Below, one piece after another: positions 30,633 through 40,642 of a DNA stretch of 64,000 bases. The stretch is taken from IMG/VR virus record IMGVR_UViG_3300033075_001021. The stretch is one strand, 5' to 3'. The notes below the pieces were generated by a model. The model had not been told where the DNA came from, made no database searches, and saw nothing but the letters and a program-made list of their open reading frames with translations. The first letter of the stretch is position 1. Every line of letters begins with the position of its first letter. This DNA comes from a virus (Duplodnaviria > Caudoviricetes). The position numbers and the translations under genes were made by a program.

Positions 30633-31766
30633 TTACGACATGCTGTCCTCTACTGATAATGACGTAACTTCTTCTGTCGTAACATTAATGTCAGCATCAT
30701 TATCAAAATCAATATTTGTGTACGTTTTTGTCAATTGTTCAAGAATATATGGTTTGTATTTTTTCTTATACTCATCAATCTTGTCTGGGTTCCAATAACC
30801 ATGTGAGGTTGACATAATCTTACCCATCTGCTCAATACCAGTAACTTGGTTCTTTTCGCATCTAACATCAGCTGCTACACCAAATTGATACTTGTACTTA
30901 ACACCTTTATCGGTTACTTCGGCGTTCATCTTTTTAGTACCATGTGTTAAAATACCACCAAAGTGTAAGATTATTCTAGCCCCAAAGAAAAAGGCTTCAC
31001 CACCCTTGTGTTTGATTACAACGTTCATGTTGTCAAACCAGATTTTTTGAACAGCAAAGAATGTGTTTGTATATGGGCAATCTTCTCTTTGTGTGTCTGG
31101 TATTCTAAAATTAAGAATTGATTTGAAACTAGACTCTAATGCGCCAGCGTTCCACATATTATTCTTGCTCTTAGACTTAACACTTCTGAAACAATCTAAT
31201 GAACCGATTGAATCCCAGAAGAACGCAACACTACGGTCAAGATTACCAGCTTCTTGGTCATCCATAATTTCATCCATAAAACGTGCTATATCTTCAATTA
31301 CAGGTTGATTTCTAACTGGCTCGGACTTTGATTTTGCTTCATCATAATCCCAATGACTATACATATCTAACAACATTCTGTTGCTAACATAAATAAAGTC
31401 ACCTTCGTAACTAATTTCGCCAGTTTCTTTATCAACAACTTCATTAAATTGCATTCCAATGTTTCTAGCATGTTCCCATTGGAAGTTGTTTTCGGTATCA
31501 AAAATTACTGGTAAGTCTCCAATCTTTTGTGCACCAACAATGGCTTCATATATACCAGTTGATTTACCTGTATTTGAATACCCTCTTGTGAGGGATGTAT
31601 ATCCACGTGGAACACCTGGTATTCCTAACGCTTCTTGGAATGCTTCTGAAAGCGGTATCCAAGATAATTCTTTATTCTTAATTTTTCTTGTAAGGCCCTT
31701 TGATTCTTTATATTTTTGTATATCAAATGTCTTCTTCTCTAAAATTTTTTTTGGTTTTGTAGGCAT
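30633..31766 (-). CDS. RecA/UvsX-like recombinase
   Basis: GVPRG, Walker A GYSNTGKST, FDTEN, FWDSIGSL, KGGEA and EKNQV. Confidence 0.85.
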   Translation of the reverse strand: MPTKPKKILEKKTFDIQKYKESKGLTRKIKNKELSWIPLSEAFQEALGIPGVPRGYTSLTRGYSNTGKSTGIYEAIVGAQKIGDLPVIFDTENNFQWEHARNIGMQFNEVVDKETGEISYEGDFIYVSNRMLLDMYSHWDYDEAKSKSEPVRNQPVIEDIARFMDEIMDDQEAGNLDRSVAFFWDSIGSLDCFRSVKSKSKNNMWNAGALESSFKSILNFRIPDTQREDCPYTNTFFAVQKIWFDNMNVVIKHKGGEAFFFGARIILHFGGILTHGTKKMNAEVTDKGVKYKYQFGVAADVRCEKNQVTGIEQMGKIMSTSHGYWNPDKIDEYKKKYKPYILEQLTKTYTNIDFDNDADINVTTEEVTSLSVEDSMS

Positions 31767-31805
31767 AAAATTCCTTTAACATAGGATGTTATTAGGTATA
31801 ATAGA

Positions 31806-31831
31806 ATATGGGCAGCTTGCACTGCCCATAT
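31806..31831 (-). terminator. Hairpin between the SSB and recombinase genes (weak terminator or processing site)
   Basis: 10-bp stem ATATGGGCAG/CTGCCCATAT with a poor U-tail. Confidence 0.5.
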
Positions 31832-31844
31832 CTATAAGGGCTTA

Positions 31845-32738
31845 TTAGAATGGAAGGTCATCTTCCGCATCATCATCAGCAGCAACTGGTGCTGTCTGAG
31901 GTGCGGCATTAGATGCTGTAACACCCGCCTTTACGTTTTGTACGCCAAGTGTTAACTCTTCGTCTAAGTTATCGCTTTCTTCGTTTTCAGTTAAAGAAGC
32001 TTTATCAATCCACTTCTTTGCTTCTTTGTCCCATGTTGGAACACCACCCTTAACTACAATTTCAAGGTAGTCGTATGGTTTAATACTGTAAACATCTTGC
32101 CATGTTCTTTCATCTGATAACCATTCTTTTGCCAAATCAGCATCTTCGCTCAATGGGCTTGGGTCAACATGTGAAATACTTTGAACAACAGGACGATTGT
32201 TTTGGTCCCTTGCAATCATAACTAAGAGGTCACGACCAGTTTCAGCATCTGTGATGTCTTTATTTACCGCTTGCAATACACCGTAAATTTTATCTAGTGT
32301 ACCTGTCTTACGGTAGTCGTGATTAAAACGCCAGAATTTAGGACCATCGGCCTCGTTATCTCTATCGATAACTTTTACAACGTACATTTTCTTTGCGCTG
32401 TACTTCTTTGCCAATTCTTTGTCAGATTCTTTACCCGTAGCAATAAGTGCCTCACGTGCTTCGCAGAAAGGACAATCTTCACCCTTTTCGTGCTTTAAGC
32501 AAACGAAAGTTTTCCATTCACCTTCAACTTGGTATTTGTGACCGTGAATTTCAACAAATGGGGAAGAGCCGTCTTTAGTTGGGAGAATTCTAATGCGTCT
32601 TGTTGCAGACTTTTCTTTTTCTTTTAAGAACGTAGTGAAATAGTTCTTTAAATCATAGGTTTTTTCAGTTTTAGTATAAGATGTTGTGTTGTTCTCATAC
32701 TGTTTTAGCATTGCTGCTAGGATGTTTGTGTTACTCAT
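31845..32738 (-). CDS. Single-stranded DNA-binding protein (T4 gp32-like)
   Basis: RIRILP, H...C...CPFC Zn site, DITDAETGRDL and an acidic C-terminal DDAEDDLPF. Confidence 0.85.
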   Translation of the reverse strand: MSNTNILAAMLKQYENNTTSYTKTEKTYDLKNYFTTFLKEKEKSATRRIRILPTKDGSSPFVEIHGHKYQVEGEWKTFVCLKHEKGEDCPFCEAREALIATGKESDKELAKKYSAKKMYVVKVIDRDNEADGPKFWRFNHDYRKTGTLDKIYGVLQAVNKDITDAETGRDLLVMIARDQNNRPVVQSISHVDPSPLSEDADLAKEWLSDERTWQDVYSIKPYDYLEIVVKGGVPTWDKEAKKWIDKASLTENEESDNLDEELTLGVQNVKAGVTASNAAPQTAPVAADDDAEDDLPF

Positions 32739-32868
32739 AATTAATAAATGTTTGTTTAAATATGTAGATTGTTATTTTACTCGGATTTTATAAATATACT
32801 AAAAAAACGCAGCTAAGTCAAGTACCAAATGGATATTTTTTTCGGATAGCGGTTCGTTCATAGTTATA

Positions 32869-32900
32869 CAAATATACCAAAAAAAGTAGGTAAATGCAAA
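32869..32900 (-). promoter_or_regulatory. Bacteroidota-type promoter upstream of the SSB gene
   Basis: TTTG (32900-32897), a 20-nt spacer, then TATATTTG (32876-32869). Confidence 0.7.
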
Positions 32901-32924
32901 TGAAAGCAATAAAATTTTTGAAAT

Positions 32925-32951
32925 AAAAAAAGGGACGCTAGCTGCGTCCCT
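32925..32951 (-). terminator. Intrinsic terminator
   Basis: AGGGACGC/GCGTCCCT stem followed by a U-run. Confidence 0.85.
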
Positions 32952-32958
32952 GGTATTT

Positions 32959-33747
32959 TTAGATGTCTTCTTCTTCGTAATCTGGTATATTAAAACTGTC
33001 CTTTACTGACGTATCCGTGTAGGAATCAACATCATCCTTTGTAAGGACATATTCTTTTGGTTTTTGTTCAGTTTCATAACCATCAATATCTTTGAAATAA
33101 TCTGATAATTTTATATTATACGGAAAAGAATCCATAGCCCTCATTTCAAGTTTTTCTACTGGGGTTGGGTTTCTTTTAATTATTTCTTTTTCTAATGATT
33201 CGATTTTATCTGATATCGCACCCATGCTTGAAATTCTCTGCTCTAACTCGCTAAACTTAGCCAAGATTTGGTCAGTTTTTTGATTTGCCATCTGAGCCGA
33301 TTCTTTTGCTTCGTCACTAGCTTGAACCAATTGTGTTACGTCAACTTCTACTTCGTCTTCAGCTGGCATCTCACCACCCATATCATCGGCTGGCATTTCA
33401 GCACCCATGTCATCACCGCCAAATAAATTATCATCTTCTGGTGCTGCATCGGCCCCTTGAGCTGGAGGGGTTTGATTATTAGCAGCTGGCGCTGGTTGTG
33501 CTGGTGGGTTTTGGTTATTAGCTGGCGCTTGTTGTGTTGCAGCATCTGGAGCTGCGCCACCACCAGTATTAGCCGCTGTTTTTGAGTCATCAGCAGGGTC
33601 CTCGTCAACTTCTTCTAAATCTGTACCTAAAATAAGATTGTCCTCTTCTGGTTCAGTATCTTCTCGGTAAAAACTATACTCAGATATCATCTTGAACCTT
33701 TTGATTTCTTCTTTTAAAAGTTCTGGATTAAATTTCTTTTTTGCCAT
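32959..33747 (-). CDS. Acidic low-complexity / coiled-coil protein (possible internal head or scaffold-like protein)
   Basis: N-terminal LKEEIKRFKMISEY, an A/P/Q/D-rich linker and a coiled-coil C-terminal half. Confidence 0.55.
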   Translation of the reverse strand: MAKKKFNPELLKEEIKRFKMISEYSFYREDTEPEEDNLILGTDLEEVDEDPADDSKTAANTGGGAAPDAATQQAPANNQNPPAQPAPAANNQTPPAQGADAAPEDDNLFGGDDMGAEMPADDMGGEMPAEDEVEVDVTQLVQASDEAKESAQMANQKTDQILAKFSELEQRISSMGAISDKIESLEKEIIKRNPTPVEKLEMRAMDSFPYNIKLSDYFKDIDGYETEQKPKEYVLTKDDVDSYTDTSVKDSFNIPDYEEEDI

Positions 33748-33748
33748 A

Positions 33749-33943
33749 TTAAATTAATAATTGTCTACCGTCTTCGACGATTATTTTCTTATTTACTCTT
33801 TCGATAATACTTTTATCGTTTTTTATAACGCATACACCTGAGCTACAATCCATTTCTTCATTTTCTTGCTGTGGTTGTTGTTCTTGACCCAAGAAGCTAT
33901 CTAAAGCTGATTTAAGGTCTTTTTCATTCTTTTCGTTATTCAT
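33749..33943 (-). CDS. Small hypothetical protein with a CxxxxC motif
   Basis: 64 aa; preceded by an ATATTTATA box at 33964-33972. Confidence 0.6.
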   Translation of the reverse strand: MNNEKNEKDLKSALDSFLGQEQQPQQENEEMDCSSGVCVIKNDKSIIERVNKKIIVEDGRQLLI

Positions 33944-33982
33944 AAAAAATATATTTAGATACCTATAAATATCTACATTTGA

Positions 33983-34384
33983 CTAAAAAATCCGTTTTAT
34001 ATCGAAAAGGGTCAATTTCCCATTATCAACCAAAATAAGCTTTTGCTGATATTCTGACCACTCAACTTTAACGCTTTTAATATCAACATTACCAATGTCA
34101 CCACCAAGATTTGTTTTAATTAATTCATTTAAGGCGTTGATTGTATACAACGCTTCACCACGTTTATGTATCATAACGGCATTCTGAAAGTAATCTTTCA
34201 GATTAATTTGTTTTCCGTCTTTAAGAATGAGTTTAAATGTAATGACGACTTTAGAATCGTCGGAAGGAAGTGAATACCCAAAAATTTTGGTCTTTTCAAT
34301 ACTAAATTGAGTACCTAAATACTCTATAAATGCATCTATCTTGTCAGTATGTACAAATGATGCTAATAAAATTGTCTTATCCAT
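33983..34384 (-). CDS. Hypothetical protein
   Basis: 133-aa ORF overlapping the upstream gene by 8 nt. Confidence 0.6.
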   Translation of the reverse strand: MDKTILLASFVHTDKIDAFIEYLGTQFSIEKTKIFGYSLPSDDSKVVITFKLILKDGKQINLKDYFQNAVMIHKRGEALYTINALNELIKTNLGGDIGNVDIKSVKVEWSEYQQKLILVDNGKLTLFDIKRIF

Positions 34385-34973
34385 GGTCTATCGAATACAA
34401 ATATGGTATAAATTTGACTTGATTGTCAAGATTTTCTACTCTTTTTTTATATTCAATAAATATTTGATTATCACCCAAAAGAACCTGGTTAATTTTGGAT
34501 AATTTGGATAAAACCCTTTCTTTTTTAAGTCCAACAAATTCAAGTAAGCTTAAATCTAACCCAAAAATTAATTTTTCACCATAAATGTAGACCATATCAT
34601 CGTTTCGATATATGATTGGGTTGTTAAATAACTTGATTTTTCTGATTATTTTCTTAATTGACCTCTTAGAAAGAGAAAGTGGGTCAATAAAATAATATGC
34701 AATATCTGAAACTAACGAATAATAACATAAATGAGTAAAATTATACATATCTTCCTCAAAAATGTCACGTTTTTCAGTCCTTTTAAAGGTCCAATATACG
34801 TTTTCATCAGCTTTTCTTGATATTACGTCTAAGTTTGGGTAACTTTTAACCGCAATATCGAATCCAATGATTAATGTGGGAAGCCCATGGATAATTTCAT
34901 CCATGGACTTCACTACATTAAAGTCATCTGAAACATTAATTTTGGTTGTTGAAACAATGTTGCCAAGTATCAT
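34377..34973 (-). CDS. Hypothetical protein
   Basis: ORF track gives 34377..34976; the ATG at 34973 lies just downstream of a -7 box. Confidence 0.6.
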   Translation of the reverse strand: MILGNIVSTTKINVSDDFNVVKSMDEIIHGLPTLIIGFDIAVKSYPNLDVISRKADENVYWTFKRTEKRDIFEEDMYNFTHLCYYSLVSDIAYYFIDPLSLSKRSIKKIIRKIKLFNNPIIYRNDDMVYIYGEKLIFGLDLSLLEFVGLKKERVLSKLSKINQVLLGDNQIFIEYKKRVENLDNQVKFIPYLYSIDHG

Positions 34974-34978
34974 CAAGG

Positions 34979-35010
34979 CAAATATACTAATTTATCTTCA
35001 AAAATGCAAT
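34979..35010 (-). promoter_or_regulatory. Bacteroidota-type promoter
   Basis: TATATTTG at 34986-34979, with ATTG 20 nt upstream. Confidence 0.55.
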
Positions 35011-38000
35011 TAATTCCAATATAATTGGTCTTTACTATCATTAAATTTCTTTAAAAATTCAGATGCAGCACTACTTCTTTTATATGGGCGAAAAATCGGG
35101 GCTTTTGGGTCATTTTGAGGGCATCGCCAACCATTTGTGTATGGACCAGCATATATTTCTTTTAATGTTTTATACCCTCTTGTGTTTGCACAACCACAGC
35201 AAACCTCAACAAAATGTGCAAATAAAAACGCAGCATATTGTTCATCAATATTTGGTACCTTTTTGGTTTCTTCAATAAATGTTTTATATGCTTTCATGTT
35301 TACCAAATAATTCATTTGTTCATCAACTGTTTTAAATTTACTTGGGTTAGAATTATACAACCTAAAAACATCTGGATATGAAACTCTATTCCATTGTATT
35401 AATCCAAGTGATGGTGCAGAATTTGTATCTGCTTTATTCAATGCACCTAATTCAAATTCTGATTCAATTTCAATATTACCCATAATACCAGCAGCTATTT
35501 CTTTACTCAAACCTAAATTTTTCAAATAATTTTTAACCGCTATCTTATTATTAGTATTATTATTTGGTAAATAATATTTTAGGTTTGAATTAGGTTTTGC
35601 GCTAGGTAGACTATACCCTTCTAACATTGAAGAGAACAAACTTGAGACGTCGATAAGCGGCGTTTGATTCCTGTTGATTCTTGTACCTGTAAAGTATGTT
35701 GACATGTAGTTAGGCTTAATGTTATGTCTAACTCTTGTAATCAAATAAGCGCCACGGAACATAGGTATATTATCCAATTGGAAATACATCATTGGTTGAA
35801 TCATCGCATCACCCATCATTTCTACTTCAACTTTATAACTTCTAATTGAATAGATATTATAAAGGTTCTGACCAACATATGTTTGGCTAGCTTGTGAAAA
35901 TTGATTAGCTATTGCATCTGTAATATTTAATGATTCGGCTGTTTCGTTAAATTCTGCTTGGTCAAGGGTGACATCTTTAAAAAGATTTTGATTTTGTTGA
36001 CCATATCTAACAATAAACGCAGCGCTTTTATCTTCATATGTTTGGCCACTAGTTGTAAAATCATCTGGAATTGATGTTTCATCCGTGAAATTAAAACCGT
36101 CGTCTGGATACTCAGCATTTGGGCCAAAATCAAGTTTTGTTGATGTCTGTCCAACATACATACATACAAATGACGGACCAGTTGTTGCTTCAGTTAGTTC
36201 ATAATATGGATATGGTTTGAATACGTTTTGATACTCATTAACATTGTTATAATCAACAAAATTGGGTAACGCAATAAATTCAAACTTATTATCGTTAAGT
36301 ATTCTACCAACAACGTCATAAAAAGAGTTGTTGCTACTCTCCAATAAGATTTTTGATACCGTAACTGGATTGATTTGAAAGATATCACCAATATCTTGAT
36401 ATGACCTTGTTAAAAATCTAAAACTATCAATTAGTCCGAGTTCAGTACTTTTTCTCTTTTCACGTAATTTATCATCAGTAGATAATCTTTGCACACCAGT
36501 GTTTTTTATCTTACAACATTGGAATAAAATATCTTTTGAAGCTGTTGCCGATTCGCCCTTACTTGTATCGGCTATCCATTTGTCGTATATCTTTTTTAGT
36601 GTTCGATAAATCTCAAGTTTAACTTGTTCATTATCGTTATTACTAAAGAATACTTTTTCTTTTTCTTCAACAGCAGGGCCTATTACACCTAAAAACTTGT
36701 TTATATACAAATTTACAGTGCTTTCTTTTATCTTTGGTTTTGGTGAGCAGTCAGACTCTATGTCTTCTCTACTCCATATATACCATGAGTTATTTGCTAT
36801 ATACTTATAACTAAACATCAATTCTTTTAACTTGTTTGATGCTGCCGAATCATCCTTAAATTCAGAATAAAAGTTATATGCATATTTATTGTCACTTGGG
36901 TTTTCTAAGTATACAAAGTTAAAGAAGTTGTATCGTTTATCAAACGTATCGCCGTTTGGTAGTGTAAAGTTATTGGCTAACGTTTGTATTGATATTATAT
37001 TGTTAGTAGCATTTACCGCAGCTGTATTTACTGCTAGAAAATTTGTTACCCAATTTGCATCACTTGGACCAGAAGACGGTACAATTTCAAATAGTTTAGC
37101 AATATTCTTATACGAATTAGCATAACTTTCATTATTTACAAAATTTTCAAATTCGTTTTTAAATTGCTTCTTAACAACATCTGGTAATTTCAATATTTCG
37201 TCTTCAATTTTTTGGTAAAGTTTTGCATCGTAAAAACACATACCAAATGCTTTACCTTGTTTAGCCTCTTTGGCATATGTTTTCAAGTATTCGTCTTTCT
37301 TTGGATAATTACCATTAATTGGTAATAAATCATCCGTGAAAACAAGTGGTTCTGTGGATGATTCGTATCTCCATAGTAACCCACCAATAAATGCTGGAAA
37401 TAATTCAGGTACTTGTATAAATCCAGTTCTGTACTTAAACACATTTAGAATTTCTGGTTGTCTAAAAATTCCAATATTATCTTCGCCAGTTACATCTATT
37501 AATCCCCTCCAAGGTAATGAATGTAAAAATAAAAAGGCTCTTCCCTCGTTTGTTTGAGCATTGTAAAACCTACTTGTAAATAAAGAATAGTTTATCATGT
37601 TTACACGGCCATCAACCACACCAAAATTAAAAAATGGATAACACAATTCAGAGCTGTTTTTACTAAGATTTAAAATTGTATTTCCAATATCTTTATGGTA
37701 ACCAAACATTACGTTTTTTGCTTCATTTAATTTCTCTTTTGACTCAGTTACTGGGAATGTAGATTTTAAGTCAAAATTTGTTTTACCAATTCGTTTTTCA
37801 GAAAGACCACCATTAGTCTTATCTGTACTATTGTAAAATAAAGTATAAAAATTCATCTGGTTACTTACGCCATATTGATTTTCATAATTTATCAATTTAT
37901 ATTCTTGTACACCATATCTTCCATTATTTGCTAAGAAGCCAGCGCTTTTAATATTTTCTGGTGTGTAGCTTTTAGCTTTTAAACCACTAAGTACGAAAAC

Positions 38001-40331
38001 ACTTGGCGTGTTTAATGACGGTGAAGTAACAGCTTTATTATCATATGTCGTTGCAGTAACAAATTCTATATATGGTACTCTAGTGTCATTTAATGGTGTT
38101 TGACAAGCGTAGCTAGTTAATAGATATCTTGCAGCATTATCATTACTTAGTGTATAATATGCATTGTTAAATCCCTTATCAACAGGTAGATTATATCTAT
38201 AAACATTTGTTGAACCTATAGGGATGATATCAGATACATAACCATATTCATAAAATCCATTAGATAGTGTCAAAACTTTATTTATTTCACCATTTATTAC
38301 TCCAGTTATGTTTGTGAATTTATCCAAAGAATACTGTTTGATTGCTTGTAATACTGTTGGTTGAGAATTAAACTTTTTTAATACTAAATTTGCTTCAGAT
38401 TCAGCAAACGCTTGGATTTCTTCTTGACTTAAGGTTGAATTAGCAAAACCGATAAAACCAACCATTCTAAGCATCATTAATCTTACAATATCATCTGGTC
38501 TTGCTGATGTATCTAATCTATCATATGGTGTTTTAATCTCCCTATCGTTATAAAAAATTGAATCAATTGGTGCAAAGGAATTCCATGCAATTGGCCCATC
38601 CGCAGTTTGATTTTTTTCTTGTTCAATGTTTGTTATCATTGCTTGATATAGCTCTTCAACAAATCTAATTTCTGGAACGTTAAGCGGATTTTTAAGGGGA
38701 CCCTTTTTGGACCCCAAATATTTTTCCACGCCGTTCTCAATATATTCTGGCCACGGATAAATAGTACCTGATTTAATTACATCAGATTTAACATCAATAT
38801 TGGTACTTTTTGACTGATTTTCAAATATTTTGAATTCGGCAACTCTTGTATCGTCATTGTATTTTGATGAAACTTCAAATAATAAATCCAAAAATACTTC
38901 AACATGTGATGTTAAAAGCATTATTGTATTCCTAATAGTTGGGTCAAAACCAAGTTCTGATTTTAATGTTTTTCTCAAGTCCTCAGCAACAAGTTTTGAA
39001 ACATCGTCATATTTCTTTTCCAATGTTTTCAACATATTATCCAATTCGTCACCAATTTCAGTAAAATCGTAAAATTTAATATACGAATCAGTTATTGGTA
39101 TGTCCTCAGCGGCCCTCTTTAATCTATCGATTATAAGATTTAATGTTGTTGAATTAGTAACATCTACAATATAACCGTATCTTTCTTTAACATAGTCCCT
39201 AAAATCATTTACATCATTAAACATTTTTTGTACATTAACAAGGATATCAATGTTGCTTGATTGGTTTTTTAATTTGAGTTCTTCAATATCTCCAGATTTT
39301 TCATTAAAAGATTTAACAAAATCAAGATATTTTTTATTAAACGTCGGAATAATTTCCCTATAATTTTTTGTATCTAAAAAGTTTACCTTATCACCACCGT
39401 CAGAAGGGTCTTTTATTATTGTGATATATGGATATGTATCACTTGGTGGTGCAATAGATGTCTGCAATTGTGAAAGGGTATCTTTTAACCCAAGTTTCAT
39501 CTGTTCAATCATTGATTTCAATTCTTTAATGATTGCCAAATTATTCGTATTTTTATTATCTTCCTTTAGTTGACCGTTGATTAATCCATCAATATTACCC
39601 ATTATTTCAATAAATCTATTTATTGAAATCATATCGTTACCATCAGCCATCTTTTTGTTAGCTAAAATAGTTTTTCCTTTTTCAAGGGTTACCGCTGCTT
39701 TTAAATAACCAATAAGAATATCTGATAACATTGCATATGTATACCCAACGAATTGTGCTGCAATTTCAAAATTACCAGTTTGTGAATTAAATTTTATATT
39801 ACACTTGACCATGTGTAAGCAATAAGTAACTGGTTTTCCATAAAACCCCTTTACCTTAAGTTCAAATAACGGATATGGAAACTTAAATAAAACATTGTAT
39901 TTTGATTGTCCACCCGATTGAAATAGCGCACCGCCTTTAACATCTATAAAATTAATGTTAATTAATGGTGCATAAGATGAGTTAAAATCAATATCTATAT
40001 TTGTTATACCTAACGATTCATCAAGTTCATTTAATTCCGTACCAAGCTCAGTGTATTGTGTTGTTAAATAATTTTGATAGCCAGTTGTCTTTCCAGTCGC
40101 ACCATCAATAAACCTTACTGTCCGACCCTCAACTTCAATAATTGAGTTTTTATTATCTTTAGTATTTAAAATGGTTCTACTTTTAGAGTTTGTTTTTAAC
40201 TCTACTACAATACATAGGTCCTCATTTGGAACCGACATGTTAAGGTTGGTTACATCAAAAACCCCCTTTTTATATTCACCACTAAAATCATTAGGGTCTA
40301 TTATTCTAACCCTTCCGTTACTATCCCCCAT
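35010..40331 (-). CDS. Baseplate hub protein (gp27/gpD-like) with a C-terminal phage tail lysozyme domain
   Basis: LGITNIDIDF...FIDVKG and SYKVEVEMMGDAMIQPMMYF...GAYLITRVRHNI hub motifs; C-terminal AAGIMGNIEIES...GLIQW (tail lysozyme-like). Confidence 0.75.
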   Translation of the reverse strand: MGDSNGRVRIIDPNDFSGEYKKGVFDVTNLNMSVPNEDLCIVVELKTNSKSRTILNTKDNKNSIIEVEGRTVRFIDGATGKTTGYQNYLTTQYTELGTELNELDESLGITNIDIDFNSSYAPLININFIDVKGGALFQSGGQSKYNVLFKFPYPLFELKVKGFYGKPVTYCLHMVKCNIKFNSQTGNFEIAAQFVGYTYAMLSDILIGYLKAAVTLEKGKTILANKKMADGNDMISINRFIEIMGNIDGLINGQLKEDNKNTNNLAIIKELKSMIEQMKLGLKDTLSQLQTSIAPPSDTYPYITIIKDPSDGGDKVNFLDTKNYREIIPTFNKKYLDFVKSFNEKSGDIEELKLKNQSSNIDILVNVQKMFNDVNDFRDYVKERYGYIVDVTNSTTLNLIIDRLKRAAEDIPITDSYIKFYDFTEIGDELDNMLKTLEKKYDDVSKLVAEDLRKTLKSELGFDPTIRNTIMLLTSHVEVFLDLLFEVSSKYNDDTRVAEFKIFENQSKSTNIDVKSDVIKSGTIYPWPEYIENGVEKYLGSKKGPLKNPLNVPEIRFVEELYQAMITNIEQEKNQTADGPIAWNSFAPIDSIFYNDREIKTPYDRLDTSARPDDIVRLMMLRMVGFIGFANSTLSQEEIQAFAESEANLVLKKFNSQPTVLQAIKQYSLDKFTNITGVINGEINKVLTLSNGFYEYGYVSDIIPIGSTNVYRYNLPVDKGFNNAYYTLSNDNAARYLLTSYACQTPLNDTRVPYIEFVTATTYDNKAVTSPSLNTPSVFVLSGLKAKSYTPENIKSAGFLANNGRYGVQEYKLINYENQYGVSNQMNFYTLFYNSTDKTNGGLSEKRIGKTNFDLKSTFPVTESKEKLNEAKNVMFGYHKDIGNTILNLSKNSSELCYPFFNFGVVDGRVNMINYSLFTSRFYNAQTNEGRAFLFLHSLPWRGLIDVTGEDNIGIFRQPEILNVFKYRTGFIQVPELFPAFIGGLLWRYESSTEPLVFTDDLLPINGNYPKKDEYLKTYAKEAKQGKAFGMCFYDAKLYQKIEDEILKLPDVVKKQFKNEFENFVNNESYANSYKNIAKLFEIVPSSGPSDANWVTNFLAVNTAAVNATNNIISIQTLANNFTLPNGDTFDKRYNFFNFVYLENPSDNKYAYNFYSEFKDDSAASNKLKELMFSYKYIANNSWYIWSREDIESDCSPKPKIKESTVNLYINKFLGVIGPAVEEKEKVFFSNNDNEQVKLEIYRTLKKIYDKWIADTSKGESATASKDILFQCCKIKNTGVQRLSTDDKLREKRKSTELGLIDSFRFLTRSYQDIGDIFQINPVTVSKILLESSNNSFYDVVGRILNDNKFEFIALPNFVDYNNVNEYQNVFKPYPYYELTEATTGPSFVCMYVGQTSTKLDFGPNAEYPDDGFNFTDETSIPDDFTTSGQTYEDKSAAFIVRYGQQNQNLFKDVTLDQAEFNETAESLNITDAIANQFSQASQTYVGQNLYNIYSIRSYKVEVEMMGDAMIQPMMYFQLDNIPMFRGAYLITRVRHNIKPNYMSTYFTGTRINRNQTPLIDVSSLFSSMLEGYSLPSAKPNSNLKYYLPNNNTNNKIAVKNYLKNLGLSKEIAAGIMGNIEIESEFELGALNKADTNSAPSLGLIQWNRVSYPDVFRLYNSNPSKFKTVDEQMNYLVNMKAYKTFIEETKKVPNIDEQYAAFLFAHFVEVCCGCANTRGYKTLKEIYAGPYTNGWRCPQNDPKAPIFRPYKRSSAASEFLKKFNDSKDQLYWN

Positions 40332-40641
40332 ATAATGTGTTGTATCTATTTACTGCTGCTGTGTATCTGTTTATTGCGCTTTCAAAAGGAAATGGTATCC
40401 TTATTGTTGATTGGTCTGGAATCATAAATTCTAACCCACCAAATTGTGGATTGGCTAGCATAATTAGCCACCCATAATATGGTGAATTATAGTATGAATT
40501 ACTTAATTTGTCAAGCCTAGTTTCACCAAGCTTATAAATTACTAACTTATCACTACCTTGTTCAGGTATATTAAGACCTGGAACTGGTTTCATTTTGCTG
40601 TTAAATCTGAAATTACTATATCTATCAAAATATCTAGGCAT
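40321..40641 (-). CDS. Baseplate wedge protein, gp53 / LysM-like
   Basis: GETRLDKLSNSYYNSPYYGWLIMLANP...IRIP motif. Confidence 0.75.
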   Translation of the reverse strand: MPRYFDRYSNFRFNSKMKPVPGLNIPEQGSDKLVIYKLGETRLDKLSNSYYNSPYYGWLIMLANPQFGGLEFMIPDQSTIRIPFPFESAINRYTAAVNRYNTLYGG

Positions 40642-40642
40642 A

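Noticed and set aside
25559-31766. Inteins or group I introns in nrdJ, helicase or recombinase
   Set aside because: The ORFs are continuous and of normal length, with no intein C...HN ends or splits.
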